Assembly: GCA_047633095.1 (NCBI GenBank)
Contig: JBLIEO010000002.1
Location: 21,424 to 85,423, forward strand
Direction: 5' to 3'
Origin: Maribacter sp.
GTDB lineage: Bacteria; Bacteroidota; Bacteroidia; Flavobacteriales; Flavobacteriaceae
Length of the DNA: 64,000 nt
The notes beneath the pieces are model-generated. The model searched no databases and was not told where the DNA came from. It saw nothing but the letters and a program-made list of their open reading frames with translations. This document shows, one piece after another, positions 19,780 through 29,183 of the stretch (position 1 is the first letter of the stretch; every line of letters begins with the position of its first letter). A program made the position numbers and the translations under genes.

Positions 19780-20469
19780 TTGAATTCTTTGCACAAAACT
19801 GCTATCTTGGTCTTTGCCAATTCCGCTGCGGAAGAGCTGTCACATAAGGCTATTCCAAACGGGAAAGTTTTGTTTCAAACACTTACGCAAGAAACACTTC
19901 AGAAGGCAAACAGAACAGGGCTACCTTGTTTTCATGTTTCAGAAAAAGAACAAAAGGGGAACTCCTTTGGGGAGCGTTTTACAAACGCAATACAAACGGT
20001 TTTTGAAGAAGGTTTTGACAATGTCATTACCATTGGCAACGATACACCTCAACTAAAGACCACACACCTCTTGAAAACCGAAGCCGCTCTAGAAGCTGGG
20101 AAAACGGTTTTAGGTCCGTCCTTGGATGGTGGATTTTACTTAATGGGCATCCATAAATCTAACTTCGACCAAGAAGGTTTTAAGAGATTACCCTGGCAAC
20201 GATTTAGCCTATTCAATAAAATTTCTTCGCTTGTAGAGCAAACCAATAGCCTTCTTTATCAACTCCCTATTCTTAGTGATATAGACACAATCAAGGATGT
20301 AAAACGTCTTGCTTATTTTAAGAATTCCATTTCATCGACTTTACTACAATTATTGATACTACTTTTAAAGCTAGATAAAGAGCTTCAAACTATTGTAATT
20401 TCTCTATTCTCACCAACTTTTCTTCAGCAACCTTTTAACAAAGGTTCCCCAGTACTACTTCATTCTTAG
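19780..20469 (+). CDS. DUF2064 / CofC-like transferase (TIGR04282-like, ArsS-associated)
   Basis: QKGNSFGERF, IGNDTP, LGPSLDGGFYLMG, DID motifs. TTG start. Confidence 0.85.
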   Translation: MNSLHKTAILVFANSAAEELSHKAIPNGKVLFQTLTQETLQKANRTGLPCFHVSEKEQKGNSFGERFTNAIQTVFEEGFDNVITIGNDTPQLKTTHLLKTEAALEAGKTVLGPSLDGGFYLMGIHKSNFDQEGFKRLPWQRFSLFNKISSLVEQTNSLLYQLPILSDIDTIKDVKRLAYFKNSISSTLLQLLILLLKLDKELQTIVISLFSPTFLQQPFNKGSPVLLHS

Positions 20470-20526
20470 TTTTATTGAAACGATGGGCGAATCCATCTAA
20501 AGCACTAACTCAATCTATACCATTTC

Positions 20527-23500
20527 ATGAAGTATTTATTGTTAGCCATGACTTTCTTCATGGCGACCATTACCACTGCACAAGAAATTGTTTCGGGTAC
20601 CATCACCGATACAGCTGGTACGCCAATCCCATATGTAAACATACAATTAACCGGCACGAATAAGGGAACTATATCAAACGAGGAAGGCACGTATAGCCTA
20701 TCCATCACTAATTCGTTAGGGGTGCTTAAATTTTCCGCACTCGGCTATGAAACACAAAACGTTCCTTTGAATAACATCGGAATTATAGATGTGACCTTAT
20801 TGGAATCCTCCGAGCAATTAAATGAAGTCGTATTAACCGCATTAGGCCTAAAAAGGGAAACCAAAGAATTAGGCTATGCAGTGCAAAGTCTAGATGCTAA
20901 AGGAGTAACCGAGGTGAAAGCAGTTAATTTTCTCGATAACCTTACAGGAAAATTAGCAGGTGTAACCATTAACCAAGGGGCAACAGGAGTGGGTTCTTCG
21001 TCTAAGATTACCATCCGTGGTGAAGCTTCTTTTTCTAACAATAATCCTTTATTTATAGTAGATGGTGTTCCTATAAACAATAATTCCGTCTTCAACTTTA
21101 CCAATGAGGCTGCAGCCGGTTTTCAAGCAATTGATTTTGGAAACGGGGCCATGGAGGTAAATCCTGATGATATAGAAGTTGTATCTGTTTTAAAGGGGCC
21201 AAGTGCCGCAGCACTTTATGGTACTCGAGCTTCTAATGGTGTAATCGTTATAGAAACCAAAAGCGGAAAGAATACGCAAGGCATTGGTATAAGTTATAAC
21301 ACTAGCTTTTTCGTGGATTCTGCATTTCGCCTTCCAGACTTTCAAGATGAGTACGGACAAGGACAATCTGGGGTGTTCGAATTTGTAGACGGGCTTGGAG
21401 GCGGAACCAGTGACAATATAACCTACAGCTGGGGACCGCGTTTAAATGCAGGGAACTTAATTCCTCAATTTGATAGTCCGGTAACCTTAACAGATGGCTC
21501 AATAGTTCGTGGTGGTGATACGGCATTATATAATGGATTACGCATTATACCGACAGAGTTCCGTTCCAATCCTAATAATTTGAAGAATTTTTATAATACT
21601 GGAAAAACACTCATAAACAATATTGCTATTTCAAACGGATTTGAAAAAGGAAATTACCGACTCTCGTTTACAGATTTAAGAAGTGAATCTATTATTCCCG
21701 GAGTGAATCTAGACCGACAGACAGTAAGTGCCCGATTAGGTTTTATGCCTACAGATAAGCTAAGCATCAATTCTTCTATTAGTTATGTGAATTCTCAAAG
21801 TGATAACCGCCCATCCAACGGGTATGGTTCGGAGAACGTAAATTATTCCTTGGTAGCATGGGGGCCACGTTCCTTAAATATAGATAGCCTTAGGGACTAT
21901 TGGCAACCCGGTCTAGAAGGCGTGCAACAGTATTCTTATAACTATACTTTTTTTGATAACCCTTTCTTTATATTAGAGGAGAACCGCAATTCCTTCAATA
22001 GAGACCGTGTTTTTGGAAATATATCAGCCAGTTATGACATAACCGATCATATAACGGCTACCATACGCTCTGGAATGGATTACTCAAGCGAGTTACGTCA
22101 ACTGCGCCGTGCGTTTAGTTCTAATCGTTTTCAGAATGGTGGTTATGCGGAGCACGATGTGTTCTTTAAAGAAATAAACACCGATTTTCTTTTAAACTAT
22201 ACCAATCAATTCAATGATTTTAAGGTTGGTGTTTCTGTAGGTGGAAATAGATTGGACCAGAAAGCCTTTACCTCACAATCACAGACTACAAGCTTAGCGC
22301 AACCCGGTATTTTCCGCCTCTCAAATGGCGCATCGCCTATTGAAGTGTTCGGGTTTGAATACAATAAGCGCATCAATAGTTTTTATGGCTTGGCGAAGTT
22401 TGGGTACAACGGTTTTCTATTCTTAGATATTACGGGAAGAAACGACTGGTCTAGTGCTTTGGCAACACCATTTTCGGTAGCTAACACCTCGTTTTTCTAT
22501 CCTTCTTTTTCCAGTAGTTTTATTCTATCTGAAGTCGTTGAATTCCCCAAAGCAATTTCGTTTGTGAAGCTAAGGGCCAGTTGGGCACAAGTAGGAAACG
22601 ATACCAATCCATATCAAACCACAGGTGCCTTTGTGGCACAAACGCCATTTAATGGTCAACCTACGTTTAGTAATCAAAACACGATTGCGAATCCTAATCT
22701 AAGACCGGAAACTACTTCTTCTTTTGAAGTTGGTGCTGATTTAAGATTTTTCAGTGATCAATTACGTTTTGATCTCTCTTTCTACAATGCTGTTACGGAA
22801 AATCAGATTATTTCACTTCCAATAGGCATCTCATCCGGCTTTACACAACAAGTTGTAAATGGAGGAAAGGTACGAGCAAAAGGCTTGGAAATCATAGCAG
22901 GTATCTCTCCAATTATTTCAGACAATTTTGAATGGAACAGTACCCTAAACTTTAGCACGAGCAGCGCTACTGTAGAGGATTTACCCCAAGATGAAGGTCG
23001 CCTCACATTAGCCTATTCTAGAATATACGACAGTCAAAACCAAACGGTATTTTTACAAGTTGAAGAAGGTGGTCGTATTGGAGACCTTTACGGAACAGGG
23101 TACTTAAAAAATGATACTGGCGATTTTATTCTAACAGATGAAGGTCGCTACATTCCAGATAACAAGCTCCAAAAATTAGGCAACTACAATCCAGATTTTA
23201 TGTTAGGATTCAATAACCAGTTTGCCTTTAAAAACTGGAACCTTGGTTTTCTATTGGATTGGCGGAAAGGCGGAATAATTGTTTCCCGTACAAGAGCGTT
23301 AGGAAATGTTGGCGGACAACTGGCCGAAACCTCTTTTAGGCCTGAGGCAGGCATAGTCCCGCAAGGTGTCGTAAATACTGGAACAGCGGAAAATCCAGTA
23401 TTCACACCAAATACCGTTTCTGTATCAGCCGAAAGCTATTACCGACAATTTTATGACCGAAACCATGAGGAGAGCAACACGTATGATGCGTCTTTCCTTA

Positions 23501-23730
23501 AACTAAGGCAGTTTTCTATCGGTTACACCTTTGACAACCTCAGCTTATTCAAGCAAGATGCCAGCCTGAGTTTGTCCTTAATCGGAAGAAACTTGTTCGC
23601 CATTACGGAGAATCCACATTTTGACCCTGAGCAATTAGCCGTTCAAGGGCAAGGTTTCGTTAGTGGTGTAGAAGACATGTCCTATGCAACCACCCGTAGT
23701 TTTGGTTTTAAAGCAGGATTTAATTTTTAA
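20527..23730 (+). CDS. SusC/RagA family TonB-dependent outer membrane transporter
   Basis: Signal peptide, N-terminal carboxypeptidase-regulatory-like domain, EVVLTALG, VLKGPSAAALYGTRASNGVIVIETK plug motif, C-terminal F. Confidence 0.96.
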   Translation: MKYLLLAMTFFMATITTAQEIVSGTITDTAGTPIPYVNIQLTGTNKGTISNEEGTYSLSITNSLGVLKFSALGYETQNVPLNNIGIIDVTLLESSEQLNEVVLTALGLKRETKELGYAVQSLDAKGVTEVKAVNFLDNLTGKLAGVTINQGATGVGSSSKITIRGEASFSNNNPLFIVDGVPINNNSVFNFTNEAAAGFQAIDFGNGAMEVNPDDIEVVSVLKGPSAAALYGTRASNGVIVIETKSGKNTQGIGISYNTSFFVDSAFRLPDFQDEYGQGQSGVFEFVDGLGGGTSDNITYSWGPRLNAGNLIPQFDSPVTLTDGSIVRGGDTALYNGLRIIPTEFRSNPNNLKNFYNTGKTLINNIAISNGFEKGNYRLSFTDLRSESIIPGVNLDRQTVSARLGFMPTDKLSINSSISYVNSQSDNRPSNGYGSENVNYSLVAWGPRSLNIDSLRDYWQPGLEGVQQYSYNYTFFDNPFFILEENRNSFNRDRVFGNISASYDITDHITATIRSGMDYSSELRQLRRAFSSNRFQNGGYAEHDVFFKEINTDFLLNYTNQFNDFKVGVSVGGNRLDQKAFTSQSQTTSLAQPGIFRLSNGASPIEVFGFEYNKRINSFYGLAKFGYNGFLFLDITGRNDWSSALATPFSVANTSFFYPSFSSSFILSEVVEFPKAISFVKLRASWAQVGNDTNPYQTTGAFVAQTPFNGQPTFSNQNTIANPNLRPETTSSFEVGADLRFFSDQLRFDLSFYNAVTENQIISLPIGISSGFTQQVVNGGKVRAKGLEIIAGISPIISDNFEWNSTLNFSTSSATVEDLPQDEGRLTLAYSRIYDSQNQTVFLQVEEGGRIGDLYGTGYLKNDTGDFILTDEGRYIPDNKLQKLGNYNPDFMLGFNNQFAFKNWNLGFLLDWRKGGIIVSRTRALGNVGGQLAETSFRPEAGIVPQGVVNTGTAENPVFTPNTVSVSAESYYRQFYDRNHEESNTYDASFLKLRQFSIGYTFDNLSLFKQDASLSLSLIGRNLFAITENPHFDPEQLAVQGQGFVSGVEDMSYATTRSFGFKAGFNF

Positions 23731-23741
23731 GCGAGAAAGAG

Positions 23742-25343
23742 ATGAAAAAAATATATAATATACTAATTGCATTTTTACTTGAAATTTACAAATCCTTGCC
23801 AACGCTTAATCTGGCCCACAATGATTATTGTGCTGTCCTCTTTTTAGAGGGGAAACGATTGCATTCTAACCTCCCTGCTAATAAGAAGGGACTGCAGGAG
23901 GCGTTCTTATTGGTTAAAATTTCTATTGTTTTGACGTTATTTTCTACCTGTAACCAAGATTTTGAAGAAATAAATACCAACCCCAATTCTCCTGTAACCA
24001 TACAACCAAGTCTGCTCTTACGCCAGGTTATCTATGATTACGGGGAACAGATGTCCTATGAAGGATTTACCGCTGGAAATTTATTAGGACAGTACACCAC
24101 AGCGCTGGATTTTAACCTTTTTGATAGACATAACTTAAAGTCGCCCCAATTAGGGGGTAATCCTTGGCCCATTTTCTACAAAAACCTGAGGGATAATGAA
24201 ATTATTTTAAACCTATCACAAGAAAATGAAACCTTTGCAGTTTATGAAGGTCCGGCTCTTATTCTTAAGGCATATATGAGTGCAGGGGTAACAGATTTAT
24301 TTGGAGATGTACCCTATTCGGAAGCTTTTAAAGGAACTAACGGGGCCGTAACTCCTGTTTATGAAGTACAAGAATCTATTTATATGGATGAAGGAGGTAT
24401 TTTGGATAACTTGGAAAAAGGGATTACAGCAATTGAAGCGTATAATGGTAGCATTACCTTAGTCGGTGATATCCTTTTTGAAGGCGATTTAAATGGCTGG
24501 ATTCGTTTTGCAAATTCGCTTAGGATAAAGCATCTGATTCGAATTTCGGATAGAATAGATGTTGCTTCCCAACTACAAGCTATAGTTGCAGAAGGTGATT
24601 TTATTGATGAAAATTCTGAAAACGCCATTTTTGACTTTACAGATGGAGAACCCAATAATTTTAGATTGGCCCGTTTGCGTATTGGAGATTTTAACAACTT
24701 TGTTCTTTCTGAAACCATGGAAGAAATACTAACCGACTTGAACGATGCTAGAATTTCAAAGCTGTTTAGACCTTACGGAAATAGCGATTCAGATGAATTC
24801 AATGGCTTACTAAACGGAATCGATGCCACACAAAATACTACTATTTTAGCTAATTACTCTTTAGTGGGCACCATCTTTCGCGAAAATACAGGCGTATTGG
24901 ATGCAAACTTTATGACCAGCATGGAAACACACTTTCTACTTGCTGAAGCAGCACAGAAAGGTCTAATCACAGCTGATGCTCAAGCCCTCTACAACATTGG
25001 AGTAGCCCAATCTTTTAACTATTGGCAAGTAGCCCTTCCAACAGATTACTTAACGGGAACAGGAGCCTATACTACTGGTGATGCCTTAGAAAACATCATT
25101 ACACAAAAATGGATTTCCAATATGATAAACGGGTACGAAGGTTGGATAGAGTTCAGAAGAACAGGCTTTCCGAAATTAAAAATCATCTCAGCGAGTTTAA
25201 ACGATAATTTGATACCAGTTCGTATGCCATATCCTGCAGAAGAAGAGGCGTTAAATGCTGCTAATTATTTAGCTGCAGCACTTAAAACAAATGGGAATAG
25301 TGTCAACACACCTGTTTGGTGGGACTCGCAAAGCGAAGAGTAA
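23742..25343 (+). CDS. SusD/RagB family nutrient-binding lipoprotein
   Basis: C-NQDFEEINTNPN, TDLFGDVPYSEA, IITQKW, EGWIEFRRTGFP, PVWWD. Directly after susC. Lipoprotein Cys unusually far in, at residue 70. Confidence 0.94.
   Translation: MKKIYNILIAFLLEIYKSLPTLNLAHNDYCAVLFLEGKRLHSNLPANKKGLQEAFLLVKISIVLTLFSTCNQDFEEINTNPNSPVTIQPSLLLRQVIYDYGEQMSYEGFTAGNLLGQYTTALDFNLFDRHNLKSPQLGGNPWPIFYKNLRDNEIILNLSQENETFAVYEGPALILKAYMSAGVTDLFGDVPYSEAFKGTNGAVTPVYEVQESIYMDEGGILDNLEKGITAIEAYNGSITLVGDILFEGDLNGWIRFANSLRIKHLIRISDRIDVASQLQAIVAEGDFIDENSENAIFDFTDGEPNNFRLARLRIGDFNNFVLSETMEEILTDLNDARISKLFRPYGNSDSDEFNGLLNGIDATQNTTILANYSLVGTIFRENTGVLDANFMTSMETHFLLAEAAQKGLITADAQALYNIGVAQSFNYWQVALPTDYLTGTGAYTTGDALENIITQKWISNMINGYEGWIEFRRTGFPKLKIISASLNDNLIPVRMPYPAEEEALNAANYLAAALKTNGNSVNTPVWWDSQSEE
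23790..23905. repeat. Degenerate palindromic (REP/MITE-like) element in frame in the susD 5' end
   Basis: Three short inverted repeats: CACAAT-GATT-ATTGTG, CCTCT-TTTT-AGAGG, CCCTGCT-AATA-AGAAGGG. Boundaries approximate. Confidence 0.45.
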
Positions 25344-25381
25344 CCTATTTAAGGTTGTAATTGAATAAAGAAGTTATAAAT

Positions 25382-26722
25382 ATGATTGAGGTTAATTTAT
25401 GGCAATGGGGGTTAGTAATTACATCTAGTTTAGTGTTGTTTCTTCTTTCCCCATGGGCAAAAAATACCAATCAGTTTTTTAAGGCAGTCCAAAAGAAAAG
25501 AGCGCCTAATACATTTATGCTCATGGGTAGTCTTATCATTTCTTGGATTTTTGCCAAGAGCATTACAAATGCTGCAAATCTGGGATTGGACTATGGTATT
25601 GTAGGCGGCGTTGCGTATGCAGGATATTATATCTCGTTTGCTGTTGCCGGTGTGGTTATTTATAAGATGCGGTTACACGGCAAATACACAAGCATTCACC
25701 ATTTTCTTAGGTCTAAGTTTGGTGCGGGAGCAGTGGCCGTATTTTCTCTTCTCATCGCTATCCGACTATTTAATGAGGTTTGGAGCAATACAATGGTTAT
25801 TGGTACTTATTTCGGAGATATGGGAACGAGTTCTTATTATTGGTCCATACTTGTTTTTACAGCTTTGACCTTAGCCTATGTACTTAAAGGCGGTATGAGC
25901 AGTTCTATTTTTACTGATGTTATACAAATGGGGCTTTTCGCTATTCTTCTACTCGTAATTTTAGGAGCCATTTTTGGTGCTGACACCACCTTTTCCTCTA
26001 AAACCGTTATTACATCTGGGATTTGGTCCTTTGATATGGGCTTAAACTTACTTTTTGCAGCTGTTTTACAATCGTTTAGTTATCCATTCCATGACCCAGT
26101 TCTAACAGACAGAGGTTTTCTAAGCAGTCCAAAAATCACGCTAAAAAGCTTCCTGTGGGCAAGTGTTCTTGGTGCTTTATGTGTTATATTTTTCAGTTTT
26201 GTTGGGGTATATGCACAAGCGCAGGGGATGCAAGGACAAGCGGCTGTTGAAGTCGGTAAGGCTTTAGGAATCGTTATTTTATTAGTTATTAATTTTATTA
26301 TGATCACCTCAGCTGCCTCTACCTTAGACTCCACATTTTCCTCTTTTTCCAAGCTATTGGCAATCGATTTAAAATTGGGTAATTCACTCAAATTCGGACG
26401 TTGGTCTATGGTTTTAATTGCAGCGCTAGGCACCATCCCTGTTTTTTTGAATGCGGAAATACTATCGGCAACTACCATAAGCGGCACTATGGTTATCGGC
26501 TTAACACCCATTTTTCTATTTTGGAAAGACAAAGCACCTAAGATAAGTTTTCACCTAAGTGTTTTTTGTGGGATTTTATTCGGATTTTTACTTATTTTCA
26601 GTTGGTTCCCACAAAGATTAATTTTTACCACAGGAAAATATGCAGATTTACTTTGGATTAATTTCTGGGGAATTTTAAGTTGTATCACACTCTATTTTAT
26701 ACCCAAATGGATAAAGGGATAA
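25382..26722 (+). CDS. Sodium:solute symporter family transporter
   Basis: About 13 TM segments, YVLKGGMSSSIFTDVIQM, SAASTLDS. ATG at 25382 (track starts at 25361). Confidence 0.9.
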   Translation: MIEVNLWQWGLVITSSLVLFLLSPWAKNTNQFFKAVQKKRAPNTFMLMGSLIISWIFAKSITNAANLGLDYGIVGGVAYAGYYISFAVAGVVIYKMRLHGKYTSIHHFLRSKFGAGAVAVFSLLIAIRLFNEVWSNTMVIGTYFGDMGTSSYYWSILVFTALTLAYVLKGGMSSSIFTDVIQMGLFAILLLVILGAIFGADTTFSSKTVITSGIWSFDMGLNLLFAAVLQSFSYPFHDPVLTDRGFLSSPKITLKSFLWASVLGALCVIFFSFVGVYAQAQGMQGQAAVEVGKALGIVILLVINFIMITSAASTLDSTFSSFSKLLAIDLKLGNSLKFGRWSMVLIAALGTIPVFLNAEILSATTISGTMVIGLTPIFLFWKDKAPKISFHLSVFCGILFGFLLIFSWFPQRLIFTTGKYADLLWINFWGILSCITLYFIPKWIKG

Positions 26723-27912
26723 CACATATCGGAACCAAAAACGGAAAGCTACTACTCTTTGGAGGGGTATATAGCAATCTGCAGGCTTTGGAGCAGTTAA
26801 TAGGTATTGCTGACACCGAAGGCATTGCCCCAGAAAATTGTATTTGTACCGGAGACATTACTGGATACTGTGCACAACCTGAGGAAACCATTGAATTATT
26901 CCGTAAATGGGGTGCGTTGAGCATAGCAGGTAATGTAGAACTACAATTAGCCAACGATAGCGACGACTGTGGTTGCGATTTTAAAGCTGGAAGTCGTTGC
27001 GATGACTTTTCAAAGACTTGGTTTCCCTATACAAAAGGCCATTTATCAAAAGAATCCTTACAATGGATTTCTGAGGTTCCTGAATATATTAGTTTTGATT
27101 ATGGCGATAAAAAAATTACGGTAGTTCACGGAAATTATAGAAACACATCAGAATTTGTTTTTAAATCCAACGCCAATAGCAGTAAAGAAAAATGCTTTAC
27201 AGAAGCCAAAAGTGATGTTATTATTGCTGGACATTGCGGACTCCCTTTTCATCAGTCCATAAAAGAACAGCTGTGGTTAAACCCTGGAGTTATTGGCATG
27301 CCCGCAAATGACGGTACCACAAGAGTCTGGTATATGATACTGGAAATACAGCAAGATGAATTAAATTATACTCATCGGTCTTTTGAATATGACCATGAAA
27401 CAGCGCAACAATTAATGTTTAAAAACCACCTACCTGAAGCATATGCAGACACATTAACTTCTGGTATTTGGGACAACATGGAAATCCTTCCCGAATTGGA
27501 AAAAATGGGGCAGGGAATTCCTATTAGTTTAGATAAATCAAAACAAGAAACAATAGCACCTAAAACAAACAAAAAGATGGCAGATTCGTATTACGACGCA
27601 AAAGACCTTAGAAAATTTGGTAAAATAACCGAATGGAGCGAAGAACTCGGAACTAAGTTTTTTGATTATTATGGTAAGGTTTTCGAAGAAGGTGCACTAA
27701 GTGCTAGGGAGAAATCCTTAATTGCCCTTGCTGTTTCCCATGTGGTGAAATGTCCTTACTGCATTGACGCCTATACCAAAGACGGGCTCCAAAAGGGAAT
27801 TACCAAAGAAGAAATGATGGAAGCCGTACATGTAGGTGCTGCTATCGAAAGTGGAGCAACTTTGGTGCATGGTGTACAAATGATGAATAAGTATGATAAG
27901 TTGTCGATGTAA
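26707..27912 (+). CDS. Fusion: calcineurin-like metallophosphoesterase + ArsS-associated AhpD/CMD peroxidase-like domain
   Basis: N-part GGVYSN, TGD, GNVE, VVHG, GHCG, NPG, plus a Cys-rich DCGCDF...RC insert. C-part from Met at 27577 has GALSAREKSLIALAV..CPYCIDAY. Confidence 0.85.
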   Translation: MDKGITHIGTKNGKLLLFGGVYSNLQALEQLIGIADTEGIAPENCICTGDITGYCAQPEETIELFRKWGALSIAGNVELQLANDSDDCGCDFKAGSRCDDFSKTWFPYTKGHLSKESLQWISEVPEYISFDYGDKKITVVHGNYRNTSEFVFKSNANSSKEKCFTEAKSDVIIAGHCGLPFHQSIKEQLWLNPGVIGMPANDGTTRVWYMILEIQQDELNYTHRSFEYDHETAQQLMFKNHLPEAYADTLTSGIWDNMEILPELEKMGQGIPISLDKSKQETIAPKTNKKMADSYYDAKDLRKFGKITEWSEELGTKFFDYYGKVFEEGALSAREKSLIALAVSHVVKCPYCIDAYTKDGLQKGITKEEMMEAVHVGAAIESGATLVHGVQMMNKYDKLSM

Positions 27913-28030
27913 TCGACAGAACGCTGCGCTCTAAGAAAGGAGACCGTTGCGCTTTTAGAAATAAGATTATAAACAGAGTCCTTAAAGTAAGATGTAAATA
28001 CGCACTACTTTGTACTCAATACAATAAAAA

Positions 28031-29086
28031 ATGGCTACAAAATCATTAAAAGCGAAAGGAAACGAGCTTGCGCAAAGCAATAAACAGCTCGATATTTTAA
28101 ACGGTGGTCTATTTGCCGATGGAGAACTTCCCTTTTTCAAAGACAAAATTTCTGAAGTAGGACATTTTCCCTTACGCCCTAAAAAGTTAGAAATTCTTCA
28201 GCTTAATTTAGGGTATATGTGCAATCAAGTCTGTGAGCATTGCCATGTAGATGCAGGTCCGGACCGAAAAGAAATCATGACCCGTGAAACGATGGCGCAA
28301 TGTTTAGAAGTCATTCAAAATACGGGAGCCCATACCCTTGATCTAACCGGCGGAGCGCCAGAAATGAATCCTGATTTTGAATGGTTTGTAGAAGAGGCTG
28401 CTAAAGCAGGTATCAATGACTTTATAGTACGTTCTAACCTGACCATTATAAGAGCGAATAAAAAATACTATCACTTACCGGATTTCTTTAAAAAACATAA
28501 TGTGCATGTCATATCTTCTATGCCACATTGGACACGAGGTAAAACGGACAAACAAAGAGGGGAAGGCGTTTTTGACAAATCCATAAAAGCATTACAGGAA
28601 CTTAACGAAAGAGGATATGGGATGCCGGGTAGTTCTTTACGTTTGGATTTAGTCTACAATCCCTCTGGAGCATATTTACCAGGTGACCAAGCAGCTATGC
28701 AGAAAGACTTTAAAAAAGCTTTAAAAGAAGATTTTGATATTCAATTCCATAATTTGTTTGCCATTACCAATTTACCCATAGCTCGTTTCTTGGATTACTT
28801 AATAGCCTCTGAAAACTATGATGACTATATGTATGCTTTAGTAGATGCTTATAACCCCACTGCAGTAGCAAACGTAATGTGCACCAATACTATTTCTATT
28901 AGTTGGGACGGATGGCTTTACGATTGTGATTTTAACCAGATGCTAGATTTAAAAGTAGCCAGTAAGATAAAGCACATTAAAGATTATAACGAAGATTTAC
29001 TGAACGATAGGAATATCATCATCTCTCAACATTGCTATGGGTGCACAGCCGGTGCAGGGAGTAGTTGTCAAGGGACGGTTGCTTAA
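28031..29086 (+). CDS. arsS: Arsenosugar biosynthesis radical SAM protein ArsS family (rSAM_SeCys, DUF3641 C-terminus)
   Basis: CNQVCEHCHVDAGP, DLTGGAPEMNP, LYDCDFNQML, HCYGCTAGAGSSCQG. Confidence 0.92.
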   Translation: MATKSLKAKGNELAQSNKQLDILNGGLFADGELPFFKDKISEVGHFPLRPKKLEILQLNLGYMCNQVCEHCHVDAGPDRKEIMTRETMAQCLEVIQNTGAHTLDLTGGAPEMNPDFEWFVEEAAKAGINDFIVRSNLTIIRANKKYYHLPDFFKKHNVHVISSMPHWTRGKTDKQRGEGVFDKSIKALQELNERGYGMPGSSLRLDLVYNPSGAYLPGDQAAMQKDFKKALKEDFDIQFHNLFAITNLPIARFLDYLIASENYDDYMYALVDAYNPTAVANVMCTNTISISWDGWLYDCDFNQMLDLKVASKIKHIKDYNEDLLNDRNIIISQHCYGCTAGAGSSCQGTVA

Positions 29087-29183
29087 TTGACTTGATTTAT
29101 ACTCCTAATACTCAAATAAAGCTATAAGCCACCCAATTGAGCGATTTGCAACTTTAAAAGAACTGATAAACACTGGTGCTTAC

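Noticed and set aside
29040-29180. Selenocysteine recoding or SECIS at the arsS end
   Set aside because: The relevant codon is TGT (Cys) and the gene ends in TAA.
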